A DNA stretch of 64,000 bases from Roseomonas sp. (GTDB lineage: Bacteria; Pseudomonadota; Alphaproteobacteria; Acetobacterales; Acetobacteraceae), in the NCBI GenBank assembly GCA_044341625.1, contig JBIIRI010000001.1, forward strand, positions 6,325 to 70,324. Reading direction: 5' to 3'. This document shows, piece by piece, positions 27,934 to 37,146 of this stretch; within the stretch, counting starts at the first letter, position 1; the number at the start of each line of letters is the position of its first letter. The notes beneath the pieces were generated by a model. It was not told where the DNA came from and made no database searches. It saw nothing but the letters and a program-made list of their open reading frames with translations. Made by a program: the position numbers and the translations under genes.

Positions 27934-29340
27934 ATGATGTATGTCTCGACCAGGGGCGAGGCCCCGCCCCGCGATTTCGAAGGCGTCCTGCTGGCGGGAT
28001 TGGCCGAGGATGGCGGCCTGTTCGTGCCCGAATCCTGGCCGGTTCTGACTGCCGCCGAATGGCGCGAGCTGCGCGGCCTGCCCTATCCGGACCTCGCCGC
28101 GCGAATCCTGGCGCTGTTCACCGGCGGCCAGCCGGATGAAGCCACGCTGCGCCCGCTGCTGGCGCAGGCCTATGCCGGCTTCGGCCACCGCGCCGTCTGC
28201 CCGCTGGTGCAACTCGACAGCCGCGTCTTCGCGCAGGAGTTGTTCCACGGCCCGACGCTGGCCTTCAAGGACATGGCGATGCAGGCGCTGGGCCTGCTGT
28301 TCGACCGCGCGCTGGCCCGCCGCGGGGAACGGGTGACGATCGTCGCCGCGACGTCCGGCGACACCGGCTCCGCCGCCATCGAGGCCTGCCGGGATCGCGC
28401 GGCCATCGATATCGTGGTGCTGCACCCCGAAGGCCGCACCAGCGCCGTGCAGCGGCGGCAGATGACCACCGTGCTGTCGCCGAATGTCGCCAACCTCGCC
28501 ATCGACGGATCCTTCGACGATTGCCAGGATCTGGTGAAGGCGATGTTCGCCGATGCGCCCTTCCGCAACGAGGTGCGGCTGGCGGCAGTGAATTCCATCA
28601 ACTGGGCGCGAGTCGCACTGCAGATACCCTATTACGTCGCCGCCGCCCTGTCGCTCGGCGCGCCGGACCGGGAGGTTGCCTTCGCTGTGCCGACCGGGAA
28701 TTTCGGCAATGTGCTGGCCGCCTGGGCGGCGCGGCGCATGGGGCTGCCGATCGCGCAGCTGATCGTGGCATCGAACCGCAACGACATCCTGACGCGCTTC
28801 CTGAGCGCGAACGACATGACGGTGCGCGCGGTGGAGCCTTCCCTTTCGCCGTCCATGGACATCCAGGTCAGCTCCAATTTCGAACGCTTGCTGTTCGAAT
28901 TGCTGGGCCGCGACCCGAAGGCGACGGCGGAGACGATGCGCCGCTTCCGAGCCGAAGGCCGCATGCCGGTGCCCGACGCCGCCTGGGGCGCCGCGACGCA
29001 GATATTCCGCGGCTTCGCGCTGGACGACGAGAACACGCTGGCCGAGATCGCCCGGCTGTGGCGGGAGAATGGCTACCTCGCCGATCCGCATACCGCCATC
29101 GGCACCGCGGCCGCGCTGGCCGTGCCGCCCGCCGATCCCGCGATCCCGGTGGTGGTCGCCGCCACCGCGCATCCGGCCAAGTTCCCCGATGCGGTGCAGC
29201 GCGCCACCGGCGTCTCGCCGCCCCTGCCCCCGAGGCTGGCCGACCTGTTCGACCGGCCCGAACGCCTCACCCGCCTGCCCGCCGAACTCGATCCCGTCGA
29301 GGCCTTCGTGCGCGCCCATATCCGCCGCAACGCCGCGTGA
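27934..29340 (+). CDS. thrC: Threonine synthase
   Basis: YVSTRG, FHGPTLAFKD, ATSGDTG, PTGNFGN. Confidence 0.97.
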   Translation: MMYVSTRGEAPPRDFEGVLLAGLAEDGGLFVPESWPVLTAAEWRELRGLPYPDLAARILALFTGGQPDEATLRPLLAQAYAGFGHRAVCPLVQLDSRVFAQELFHGPTLAFKDMAMQALGLLFDRALARRGERVTIVAATSGDTGSAAIEACRDRAAIDIVVLHPEGRTSAVQRRQMTTVLSPNVANLAIDGSFDDCQDLVKAMFADAPFRNEVRLAAVNSINWARVALQIPYYVAAALSLGAPDREVAFAVPTGNFGNVLAAWAARRMGLPIAQLIVASNRNDILTRFLSANDMTVRAVEPSLSPSMDIQVSSNFERLLFELLGRDPKATAETMRRFRAEGRMPVPDAAWGAATQIFRGFALDDENTLAEIARLWRENGYLADPHTAIGTAAALAVPPADPAIPVVVAATAHPAKFPDAVQRATGVSPPLPPRLADLFDRPERLTRLPAELDPVEAFVRAHIRRNAA

Positions 29341-29360
29341 CGCCGCGAGCAAGGACAACG

Positions 29361-30626
29361 ATGACCGACGCCATCCGCCTGACCCGCCTGCCCTCCGGCC
29401 TGACCGTGGTGTCGGAGAAGATGCCGAGGGTCGAGACCGTCTCGCTCGGGGCCTATGTCGATGCCGGCGCGCGGCACGAGGCGGCAGCGGAGAACGGCGT
29501 GTCCCACTTCCTGGAGCACATGGCCTTCAAGGGCACCGCGACGCGCGACGCCGCGGCCATCGCACGCGAGATCGAGAATGTCGGCGGCCACATCAACGCC
29601 TACACCTCGCGCGAAAATACGGCCTTCTACTGCAAGGTGCTGAAGGAGGATGCGGGGCTGGCCGCCGACATCATCGGCGACATCCTCTGCCATTCCGCCT
29701 TCGCGCCCGAGGAGGTGGAGCGGGAGCGCGGCGTGATCCTGCAGGAGATCGGCCAGGCGAACGACACGCCGGACGACATCGTCTTCGACCATTTCCAGGC
29801 AACGGCCTATGCGACCCAGGCGATGGGCCGCCCGGTGCTGGGCACCGAGGACACGATCAAGGCGATGAGCCGCGATGCGCTGACCGGCTACATGAAGCGC
29901 CACTATGGCGGATCGCGCATGATCGTCGCCGCCGCCGGCGCCATCGAGCATGAGGATCTGCTGGCCATGGTCGGCCGGCATTTCGCCGATCTGCCGGTGG
30001 CGGAGCCGGCGCGGGCCGAGGCCTCGTGCTACACTGGCGGCGAGTTCCGCGAGGAGCGCGAGCTGGACCAGGTGCATCTGGTGCTCGGCTTCCCCTCCGT
30101 CTCCTCGACCGATGAGGCGCATATCCCCGTGCAGGTGCTGTCCACGCTGCTCGGCGGGGGCATGTCCTCGCGGCTGTTCCAGGAAATCCGGGAGAAGCGC
30201 GGGCTGGTCTACAGCGTCTATTCCTTCGTTTCGCCCTTCGCCGATGGCGGGCTGTTCAGCATCTATGCCGGCACCGGGGAAGACCAGGCGGAAGAACTGG
30301 TGCCCGTGGCGCTGGAGGAACTGCGCCGCGTGCAGAAGGACGTGACGGAGGATGAACTCGCGCGCGCCAAGGCGCAGCTGCGGGCCAGCCTGCTGATGTC
30401 GCTGGAGTCCACGGGCAGCCGCTGCGAACAGCTGGCGCGGCAGCTGCAGGTGTATGGCCGCATCATCCCGGTGGAGGAGACGAAGGCGAAGATCGCCGCC
30501 GTGACGGTCGAACAGGTGCAGGCGCTCGCCGCGCGCATGTTCCGCGCCACGCCGACGCTCGCCGCGCTCGGGCCGGCGGGCAAGGTGCCGCCGCTGCCGG
30601 TGATCGCGGAGAAGCTCGCGGCATGA
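29361..30626 (+). CDS. M16 family zinc peptidase (MPP-like)
   Basis: HFLEH inverted zinc motif, LGGGMSSRLFQEIRE glycine-rich loop. Confidence 0.93.
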   Translation: MTDAIRLTRLPSGLTVVSEKMPRVETVSLGAYVDAGARHEAAAENGVSHFLEHMAFKGTATRDAAAIAREIENVGGHINAYTSRENTAFYCKVLKEDAGLAADIIGDILCHSAFAPEEVERERGVILQEIGQANDTPDDIVFDHFQATAYATQAMGRPVLGTEDTIKAMSRDALTGYMKRHYGGSRMIVAAAGAIEHEDLLAMVGRHFADLPVAEPARAEASCYTGGEFREERELDQVHLVLGFPSVSSTDEAHIPVQVLSTLLGGGMSSRLFQEIREKRGLVYSVYSFVSPFADGGLFSIYAGTGEDQAEELVPVALEELRRVQKDVTEDELARAKAQLRASLLMSLESTGSRCEQLARQLQVYGRIIPVEETKAKIAAVTVEQVQALAARMFRATPTLAALGPAGKVPPLPVIAEKLAA

Positions 30627-31954
30627 ACGACCTCGACCGCCTGGCCGATCTCGTCGCGGCCGCGAAGCGCGCGGGCGCGGATGCGGCGGATGCGCTGCTG
30701 GTGCAGAACGCGTCGCTGTCCGTCTCTCGCCGGCTGGGCCGGATCGAGCAGCTGGAGCGCGCGGAGGGCTTCGACCTCGGGCTGCGTGTCTTCATCGGCA
30801 AGCGGCAGGCCATCGTCTCCGCGACCGATCCCGACCCCAAGGGCTTCGCGACACTGGCGGAGCGCGCGGTGGCGATGGCGAAGGTGGTGCCGGAGGATCC
30901 CTTCGGCGGCCTGCCCGACAGCTTCGATCCGCCGCGCGATGCGGGCCCGCTCGACCTGTTCGACCCCACCGAGCCCAGCGCCGAACAGTTGATCGAGCGC
31001 GCGGCGGCGGCCGAGGATGCGGCGCTCGCGGTCAAGGGCATCACCAACAGCGAAGGTGCCGATGCCGGCTGGGGGCGCGTGCGGATCGCGCTGGCGATGT
31101 CGAACGGCTTCGCCGGCGGCTATGCGCGCAGCTCCCACAGCCTGTCCTGCACCGCGCTCGCCGGGACAGGCACGGCGATGGAGCGGGACTATGAATGGTC
31201 CTCCGTCGTGCATCTGTCCGATCTTGACGATCCCGCGACGATCGGGCGCCGCGCCGCGGAGAAGACGCTGGCGCGGCTCAATCCGGTCCGGGCGAAGACC
31301 GCGCGCATCCCTGTTGTCTACGATCCGCGCGTCTCCGCGTCCCTGCTCGGGCACCTGACCTCCGCGATCAATGGCGCGGCGGTGGCGCGCGGTACGTCCT
31401 TCCTGCGCGATGCAATGGGGACGCGGGTGCTGCCGAAGGGGATGGTGGTGCGCGACGACCCGACGCGCCGTCGCGGCCTGCGGTCCCGCCCCTTCGATGG
31501 CGAAGGCATGGCCGGTGGCGCGCGCGCGCTGGTCGATGACGGCGTGCTGACCAGCTGGGTGCTGGATTGGCGGTCCGCCCGGCAGCTCGGCCTGGCCAGC
31601 ACCGGCCATGCCAGCCGCGGCACGGGGGGGCCGCCCGGCCCCGCGACGACGAATCTCTGGCTGGAGCCGGGCGCGGTCACGCCCGCCGCGCTGATGGCCG
31701 ACATCACCGAGGGGCTCTACGTCACCGACCTGATCGGCATGGGCGTGAACGGCGTGACCGGCGACTACAGCCGCGGCGCGGCCGGCTTCATGATCCGCAA
31801 CGGCCAGCTTGCCGAGGCGGTGAGCGAGATCACCATCGCCGGGAACCTCAAGGAGATGTTCCTGAACATGGCGGCCGCCGACGACCTGCAATTCCGCCGC
31901 GGCTCCGACGCGCCAACGATCCGCATCGAGGGCATGACTCTGGCCGGCGCGTAA
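30623..31954 (+). CDS. pmbA: PmbA/TldE metalloprotease subunit
   Basis: RPFDGEG, GVNGVTGDYSRG, ITIAGNL. Confidence 0.9.
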   Translation: MNDLDRLADLVAAAKRAGADAADALLVQNASLSVSRRLGRIEQLERAEGFDLGLRVFIGKRQAIVSATDPDPKGFATLAERAVAMAKVVPEDPFGGLPDSFDPPRDAGPLDLFDPTEPSAEQLIERAAAAEDAALAVKGITNSEGADAGWGRVRIALAMSNGFAGGYARSSHSLSCTALAGTGTAMERDYEWSSVVHLSDLDDPATIGRRAAEKTLARLNPVRAKTARIPVVYDPRVSASLLGHLTSAINGAAVARGTSFLRDAMGTRVLPKGMVVRDDPTRRRGLRSRPFDGEGMAGGARALVDDGVLTSWVLDWRSARQLGLASTGHASRGTGGPPGPATTNLWLEPGAVTPAALMADITEGLYVTDLIGMGVNGVTGDYSRGAAGFMIRNGQLAEAVSEITIAGNLKEMFLNMAAADDLQFRRGSDAPTIRIEGMTLAGA

Positions 31955-31978
31955 CGGCCCGATCCCTCACGCAAGGCC

Positions 31979-32719
31979 TCACGCGGCCAGGCGGTAGAAG
32001 ACGTTCTCGCCGCGCTGGTATCTCTGCATGACCGCCGGGCCCATCGCGGCCTCCGCGGCGGCGGTGCAGCCGGGCAGGAAGCGGTCGTGGAATTCCGCCG
32101 CGATCAGGCGCGTCCGCTTGAGCCAGCCACGGGCGGGGCTTTCGAAGACGGATTTCTCCGCCCCCTCGATGTCGATCTTGACGTAATCGAGCCGCTCCAG
32201 CCCGAAGCGGCCGGACAGGCTGTCGAGCGTCCAGGCCGGGGTCAGCGCCGGCGCCGGGCCGGGCGCCCCCGCGCTGGCGGGCGTCGTGCGCGTGCCCCAG
32301 GAGCCCAGCGGACGGCCCTCGATCTCGGATTGCAGGGCGAGTTCGGTGTCCTCGCCCCAGAGCGCGGCCTGCAGCAATTCGACCCCGGGCAGCGAACCAC
32401 AATTGCGTTGCAGGCACGCGAAGTTCACCGGATCGGGCTCCAACGCAATGATCCGCGCTTTCGGATAGGCCAGCCTGAACCAAAGCGTGGAAGCACCGAT
32501 ATTCGCCCCAGCATCGATCACCGTGGCGACGGAGGCCGGGTCGAGGCTTCGCGGCGCATATTCATTGGCGACGAAGACCTTGGCGAAGACGTTCTGGTCC
32601 GTCTCCTCCGTGCGCAGCCAGACCGGGGTCGCGATGCCGGGCAGGCGGATGGCGATCTCCGGCACGGCGAAGCGTTCCAGGATATGCGGGCTGAACCGCG
32701 TCTTGCCGATCGTCAGCAT
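31979..32719 (-). CDS. FkbM family SAM-dependent methyltransferase
   Basis: IDAGANIG, LEPDP, KIDIEGAE. Confidence 0.88.
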   Translation of the reverse strand: MLTIGKTRFSPHILERFAVPEIAIRLPGIATPVWLRTEETDQNVFAKVFVANEYAPRSLDPASVATVIDAGANIGASTLWFRLAYPKARIIALEPDPVNFACLQRNCGSLPGVELLQAALWGEDTELALQSEIEGRPLGSWGTRTTPASAGAPGPAPALTPAWTLDSLSGRFGLERLDYVKIDIEGAEKSVFESPARGWLKRTRLIAAEFHDRFLPGCTAAAEAAMGPAVMQRYQRGENVFYRLAA

Positions 32720-32861
32720 GGCCCCGATTTCTCCTTATGGTTGAGCGGATACGGGGCTGCTAGCGGGGACGCAATCCCAGGATTCGGCGGATCCCCCTTC
32801 GCAAGGGGGCCCACTGGTTCCTATATTGGAGTTCATGAGGAATGCCGGAGACACCCCAAGA

Positions 32862-33860
32862 ATGACCTCGACCAGCCCCAAGCGGCGCCGCGGCGCCGCC
32901 ATTTTCGCGGCCTTCGCCGTCGTGGCGCTGGCCATCGCGCCCGCGATCGCCGAGGCGAAGCCGGGCGGCAACACCTCCTCGGGCAGCCGCGGCAGCCGGA
33001 CCCAGTCCGCGCCCCCCTCGACGCAGACCGCGCCGGGCTCCGCGCAGCAGTTCCAGCGCACCGAGACCGCGCCCGCCCGCCCGGCCACGCCGGGTGTCGC
33101 GCAGCCCACCCCCGCGGCCCGGCCGGCCGGGGCGACGGGTGGCTTCCTCAGCCGCAATCCGATGATGGCGGGGCTGATGGGCGGCCTGCTCGGCGCCGGC
33201 CTGTTCGGCCTGCTGTCCGGCAGCGGCCTGTTCGGCGGCATGGCCGGCTTCATGGGCTTCCTCGGCCTGATGCTGCAGATCGCGCTGATCGCCGGCTTGG
33301 TCTTCCTGGTGATGCGCCTGGTGCGCGGTCGCCGTCCTGCCCTGGCCGGCATGCCGAACGCCCATGCGCGTGAGGCGCAAGGCATGGGCCCCCGGGATGG
33401 CATGATGGGCGGCATGGGCGGCGCCATGGGCGGCGCGGCGGCGGTCTCCAGCCAGCCGCTCGAGATCGCCGGCGCTGATTTCGAGGCCTTCGGCCAGCGC
33501 CTGGTCGATATCAACGCCGCCTGGTCGCGCCAGGATCTCGCCACGCTCCGCCGCCTCTCGACGCCGGAGATGGAGCGCTACTTCGCGCAGGACCTGTCCG
33601 ATCTGCAGGCCCGCGGCTGGACCAATGTGACGCGCGATGTCCAGCTCGAAGCCGGCGACCTGTCGGAGGCCTGGACCGAGAATGGCCAGGACTACGCCAC
33701 TGTTGCGATGCGCTTCTCGCTGGTGGATGTGACCACCGACGCCACGGGTAAGGTGGTGGAGGGCCACCCGACGGAACGGCAGACCTCGACCGAGATGTGG
33801 ACCTTCACCCGCCGCCCCGGCGCGCAATGGGTGCTCTCAGCGATCCAGCAGACCGGCTGA
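32862..33860 (+). CDS. Tim44-domain inner-membrane protein (TimA-like)
   Basis: Signal, GSRGSRT, Gly-rich TM region, C-terminal Tim44 fold (EMWTFTR..WVLSAIQQ); start may be 32835. Confidence 0.88.
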   Translation: MTSTSPKRRRGAAIFAAFAVVALAIAPAIAEAKPGGNTSSGSRGSRTQSAPPSTQTAPGSAQQFQRTETAPARPATPGVAQPTPAARPAGATGGFLSRNPMMAGLMGGLLGAGLFGLLSGSGLFGGMAGFMGFLGLMLQIALIAGLVFLVMRLVRGRRPALAGMPNAHAREAQGMGPRDGMMGGMGGAMGGAAAVSSQPLEIAGADFEAFGQRLVDINAAWSRQDLATLRRLSTPEMERYFAQDLSDLQARGWTNVTRDVQLEAGDLSEAWTENGQDYATVAMRFSLVDVTTDATGKVVEGHPTERQTSTEMWTFTRRPGAQWVLSAIQQTG

Positions 33861-33897
33861 TCCCGCCGGTCGGGATCGCCCGGGTCGGGACCATAAG

Positions 33898-33927
33898 ACG
33901 GGGGGCTTCGGCCCCCCGTTTTTATTT
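33898..33927 (+). terminator. Rho-independent terminator
   Basis: ACGGGGGGC-TTCG-GCCCCCCGT followed by TTTTATTT. Confidence 0.85.
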
Positions 33928-34922
33928 CAGCCCTCGAACATCGCCGCGACATCGGCCTGCGGGGCCCAGCGCGGGGCGTTGTCCTTGTCCACCAGCACCG
34001 CGCGCACGCCCTCGGCGAAGTCGGGATGGCGCGTCACACGCCGCGTCAGCGCGAGTTCCATCGCGAGGCACCCCCGCAAATCCATCGTCGCGCCGCGCCG
34101 TAGCAGCTCGAAGGTCACGGCGAGGCTGGTGGGCGACATGCGGGCCAGCGTCGCCAGCTGCGCCGCCGCCCAGTCCGTGCCCTCGGCCGCCAGCGCGGCG
34201 CGGATCGCCTCGAGAGACCCCTGGCCGAAGCAGCGATCGATCGCCGCGCGCTGCGCCGCGATGGCACCCGGCGGCACGGGCCGCGCGTGGCGCGCGACCG
34301 CCGCCGGATCGCCGTCGAGCAGCGCGGCGCGCAGCCCGGCCAGTTCGGCGCGCGGGACGAAATGGGTGGCGAGCCCGGCCTCCACCGCCTCCGCCCCCTG
34401 CAGCCGCGCGCCGGTCAGGGCGAGATACAGGCCGAGCGCCCCGGGCAGCCGCGGCAGCACATAGGATGTGCCGACATCGGGGAACAGCGCGATCGCCGTC
34501 TCCGGCATGGCGAGCAGCGCGTGTTCGGTGACCACGCGGTGGCTGCCATGCACCGACACGCCGATGCCCCCGCCCATGCAGACGCCGTCGATCAGGCTGA
34601 TCCAGGGCTTGGGGAAATCGGCGATGGCCTGGTTCACCCCGTATTCGGCGGCGAAGAAGGCCTCGATGCCGGCGGCATCGCCCGCCAGCGCCAATTCGCG
34701 CATCCGCCGCACATCGCCGCCCGCGCAGAAGGCCCGGCCGCCCGCGCCTTCCAGCAGGACGAGGCGCGCGGCGTGATCGGCGTGGAACGTCTCGATGGCG
34801 GCGGCGAGGCCGGCGATCATGCCCTGGTCCAGCGCGTTCAGCGCGCGGGGGCGGTTCATCAGGATGGTGCCGGCGGCGGCTTCGCGGCGGGCGATGATGG
34901 TGGGTTCGGCGGTGTCCGCCAT
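33927..34922 (-). CDS. Enoyl-CoA hydratase family, 3-hydroxyisobutyryl-CoA hydrolase-like
   Basis: NRPRALNAL, AFCAGGD, MGGG, MPETAI..PDVG, DFAEGVRAVLVDKD. Confidence 0.9.
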   Translation of the reverse strand: MADTAEPTIIARREAAAGTILMNRPRALNALDQGMIAGLAAAIETFHADHAARLVLLEGAGGRAFCAGGDVRRMRELALAGDAAGIEAFFAAEYGVNQAIADFPKPWISLIDGVCMGGGIGVSVHGSHRVVTEHALLAMPETAIALFPDVGTSYVLPRLPGALGLYLALTGARLQGAEAVEAGLATHFVPRAELAGLRAALLDGDPAAVARHARPVPPGAIAAQRAAIDRCFGQGSLEAIRAALAAEGTDWAAAQLATLARMSPTSLAVTFELLRRGATMDLRGCLAMELALTRRVTRHPDFAEGVRAVLVDKDNAPRWAPQADVAAMFEG

Positions 34923-35047
34923 GGCGCGCTCCCTCGGCTGCCGGCGGCGGCGGGGCATGGCGTGCCAGGGCGCGCGCCCCCGCCCGGCGGCGGTCAGGGC
35001 AGTAGAGGCTTCGACCTGCCAGGGCAACGGTATCTGGCAACGGTCGC

Positions 35048-35482
35048 TCAGCGCCGCGCGATCAGGCCCAGCACCAGGGCGGTCAGGGCGGCGCCGAGCA
35101 GGCCCTTCTTCAGGCTGCGCCCTTGCAGCACGGGGGCGAGCACCAGCGCCCGGGCCGCGCCATCGCCGATCTGCCGCACCGCCTGCTGCCGCACCGCGCG
35201 CGCTTCCATCGCCACGCGGTCATGGCCGGCGCGGCGCGCCGCGAGCGCCAGCACCAGCACCACGACGAGATCCGCGCCCGCGAGGATCAGCGCCGCCCGC
35301 GCGGTCCCCCATGCCGGCGCCAGCGCCGCGAAGCCCGCCAGGTGCAGCATGCCGAGCAGCAGCAGCAGGAAGATCACGGCCGCGACGGCCAGCGCGGCCT
35401 GGATACCGCGCGCGCGCGCCTGCCGGCGCAGATGCAGCCCTTCCGCCTCCAGCGCGGCGCGAGCCAGGTCGAACAGCCGCAT
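35048..35482 (-). CDS. Small membrane protein, phage-holin-like/YqjE-like
   Basis: Two TM segments plus a hydrophobic tail; directly follows the DUF883-like gene. Confidence 0.6.
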   Translation of the reverse strand: MRLFDLARAALEAEGLHLRRQARARGIQAALAVAAVIFLLLLLGMLHLAGFAALAPAWGTARAALILAGADLVVVLVLALAARRAGHDRVAMEARAVRQQAVRQIGDGAARALVLAPVLQGRSLKKGLLGAALTALVLGLIARR

Positions 35483-35494
35483 CGGCGCGGGCGG

Positions 35495-35833
35495 TCAGCG
35501 GTGGTGCCGGTCGCTGCCGACCACATAGGTCGTCCCGCCCCCCATCAGCCGCCCAATCAACCATCCGCCGAGCGCCGCCGCCCCGATCGCCAGCAGCGGC
35601 CTGTCCCGCACAGTGGCCGACAGCGCGCCGGCATTCTCCTCCACCGCGTGGCGGGCGCGGCGGGCGTAATCCTCCGCCGTCTGCGCCGCGGAGCCGAGCG
35701 CGGGCGTCACGCGGTCCTGCATCAGCCGCTCCACTTGGGCGCGCAGGCGTGCGAGTTCGGCACGCGCATCCTCCTGCAGCCTTGTGCCGGAGGTGGCGAT
35801 CTCCTCGCGCATCTCGTTCATGGGCTGCGACAT
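35495..35833 (-). CDS. DUF883/ElaB-YqjD-like tail-anchored protein
   Basis: Helical N-terminus, VRDRPLLAIGAAALGGWLIGRL C-terminal anchor. Confidence 0.75.
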   Translation of the reverse strand: MSQPMNEMREEIATSGTRLQEDARAELARLRAQVERLMQDRVTPALGSAAQTAEDYARRARHAVEENAGALSATVRDRPLLAIGAAALGGWLIGRLMGGGTTYVVGSDRHHR

Positions 35834-35873
35834 CGCCGGGTCCTTTTCGTTCCGGAGAGAATCCTACGCTGCG

Positions 35874-35898
35874 AACGTGCGGGGTCTGGCCGGGTTCC
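35874..35898 (-). promoter_or_regulatory. EcfG (general stress sigma) promoter GGAAC-N16-CGTT
   Basis: Exact consensus on the minus strand, 40 nt upstream of the DUF883-like ATG. Confidence 0.7.
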
Positions 35899-36030
35899 AG
35901 CGGAAAGCGTTCTGGCCATGGGCCCCGCGCCGTTGCGCCTGCCGCCGCGCAGGGCCGCGCATCCAGGCGTTCACCCTCCGCCGCGATCTGCTCTACCCTG
36001 CCGCGTCGGGATTTTCGGGAGGGCGGATCG

Positions 36031-37074
36031 ATGCGGCGCAGGAGCTGGCTTGGGGCCGCGCTGGGCGCGGCCTGCGTTCCGGCCGGCCTGCGCGCGCAGA
36101 CGCGCGACCTGACGGTCGTGTCCTGGGGCGGCGCGTATCAGGACGCGCAGCGCGCGACCTTCTTCCGCCCCTGGTCCGCCGCGCGCGGCCAGCGCCTGCT
36201 GGAGGAAACCTGGGATGGCGGCATCGATGTGCTGCGCCAGCGCATCCGCTCCGGCACCAACACCTGGGACCTGGTGCAGGTGGAGGGCGAGGAATTGCTG
36301 CTCGGCTGCGCCGAGGGGCTGTTCGAACCGCTGGACGCGGAGGCGATCGGCGGGCGCGACGCCTATGTGCCGGGCGCGGTGACGCAATGCGGCGTCGGCG
36401 CGATCACCTATGCCTTCGTGCTGGCCTGGGATCGCGACAAGCGGCGGGAGCCGCCGCGCGGCTGGGCCGATCTGTTCGATACGGCGCGCATCCCCGGCCG
36501 CCGCGCACTGCGGCGCGGGCCGAAGGCGACGCTCGAGATCGCGTTGCTGGCGGATGGCGTGGCGCCGGCCGATGTGTATCGCGAACTCGGCACGCCGGCC
36601 GGTGTGGATCGCGCCTTCGCACGGCTTGATGCGCTGCGCGGCGCGATCGCCTGGTGGGAACGGGGTTCCCAGCCGGTGCAATGGCTCGCCTCCGGAGAAG
36701 TGGCGCTGGCGGCGACCTACAATGGCCGCGTCGCGGCGGCGAATGCCCAGGATGGCCGCGATCTCGGCGTGGTGTGGCACCAGCACCTGGTGGCGATGGA
36801 TCACTGGGCGATCATGCGCGGCAGCCCAAACACCGCACGCGCGCTGGATTTCCTGCGCTTCGCCGGCCAGCCCGATGTACAGGCGGGGCTGCCGCCGCGA
36901 ATCCCCTATGGCGTCACCGCGCGCGGCGCCGATGAACGCCTACCGCGCGAGGTACTGCCGCTACTACCCACCACGCCCGCCAATGCCGCCGGCGCGCTGC
37001 GGATCGATGACCGATTCTGGGTGGAGAATATCGACCTTCTCGGCCGGCGCTTCGAATCCTGGTTAGGGGGCTGA
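36031..37074 (+). CDS. Polyamine-type ABC substrate-binding protein (PotD/PotF-like)
   Basis: Tat leader MRRRSWL, SWGGAYQ, WDLVQV, YNGR. Confidence 0.85.
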   Translation: MRRRSWLGAALGAACVPAGLRAQTRDLTVVSWGGAYQDAQRATFFRPWSAARGQRLLEETWDGGIDVLRQRIRSGTNTWDLVQVEGEELLLGCAEGLFEPLDAEAIGGRDAYVPGAVTQCGVGAITYAFVLAWDRDKRREPPRGWADLFDTARIPGRRALRRGPKATLEIALLADGVAPADVYRELGTPAGVDRAFARLDALRGAIAWWERGSQPVQWLASGEVALAATYNGRVAAANAQDGRDLGVVWHQHLVAMDHWAIMRGSPNTARALDFLRFAGQPDVQAGLPPRIPYGVTARGADERLPREVLPLLPTTPANAAGALRIDDRFWVENIDLLGRRFESWLGG

Positions 37075-37146
37075 AAGACCCTTTCCTGACGGCCAAGGAC
37101 ACGCCAAGTGCCGGGTCTGGAAATCGTTCCAGAAGGACACCGACGC

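Noticed and set aside
32797-32826. RpoH-like promoter (CTTCGC-N17-CCTATAT) before the Tim44 gene
   Set aside because: The -10 is good but the -35 and spacing are poor, so it is too weak to call.
35048-35482. Holin-like gene as evidence of a prophage
   Set aside because: No endolysin or structural genes; the context matches a YqjD/YqjE-like stress pair.
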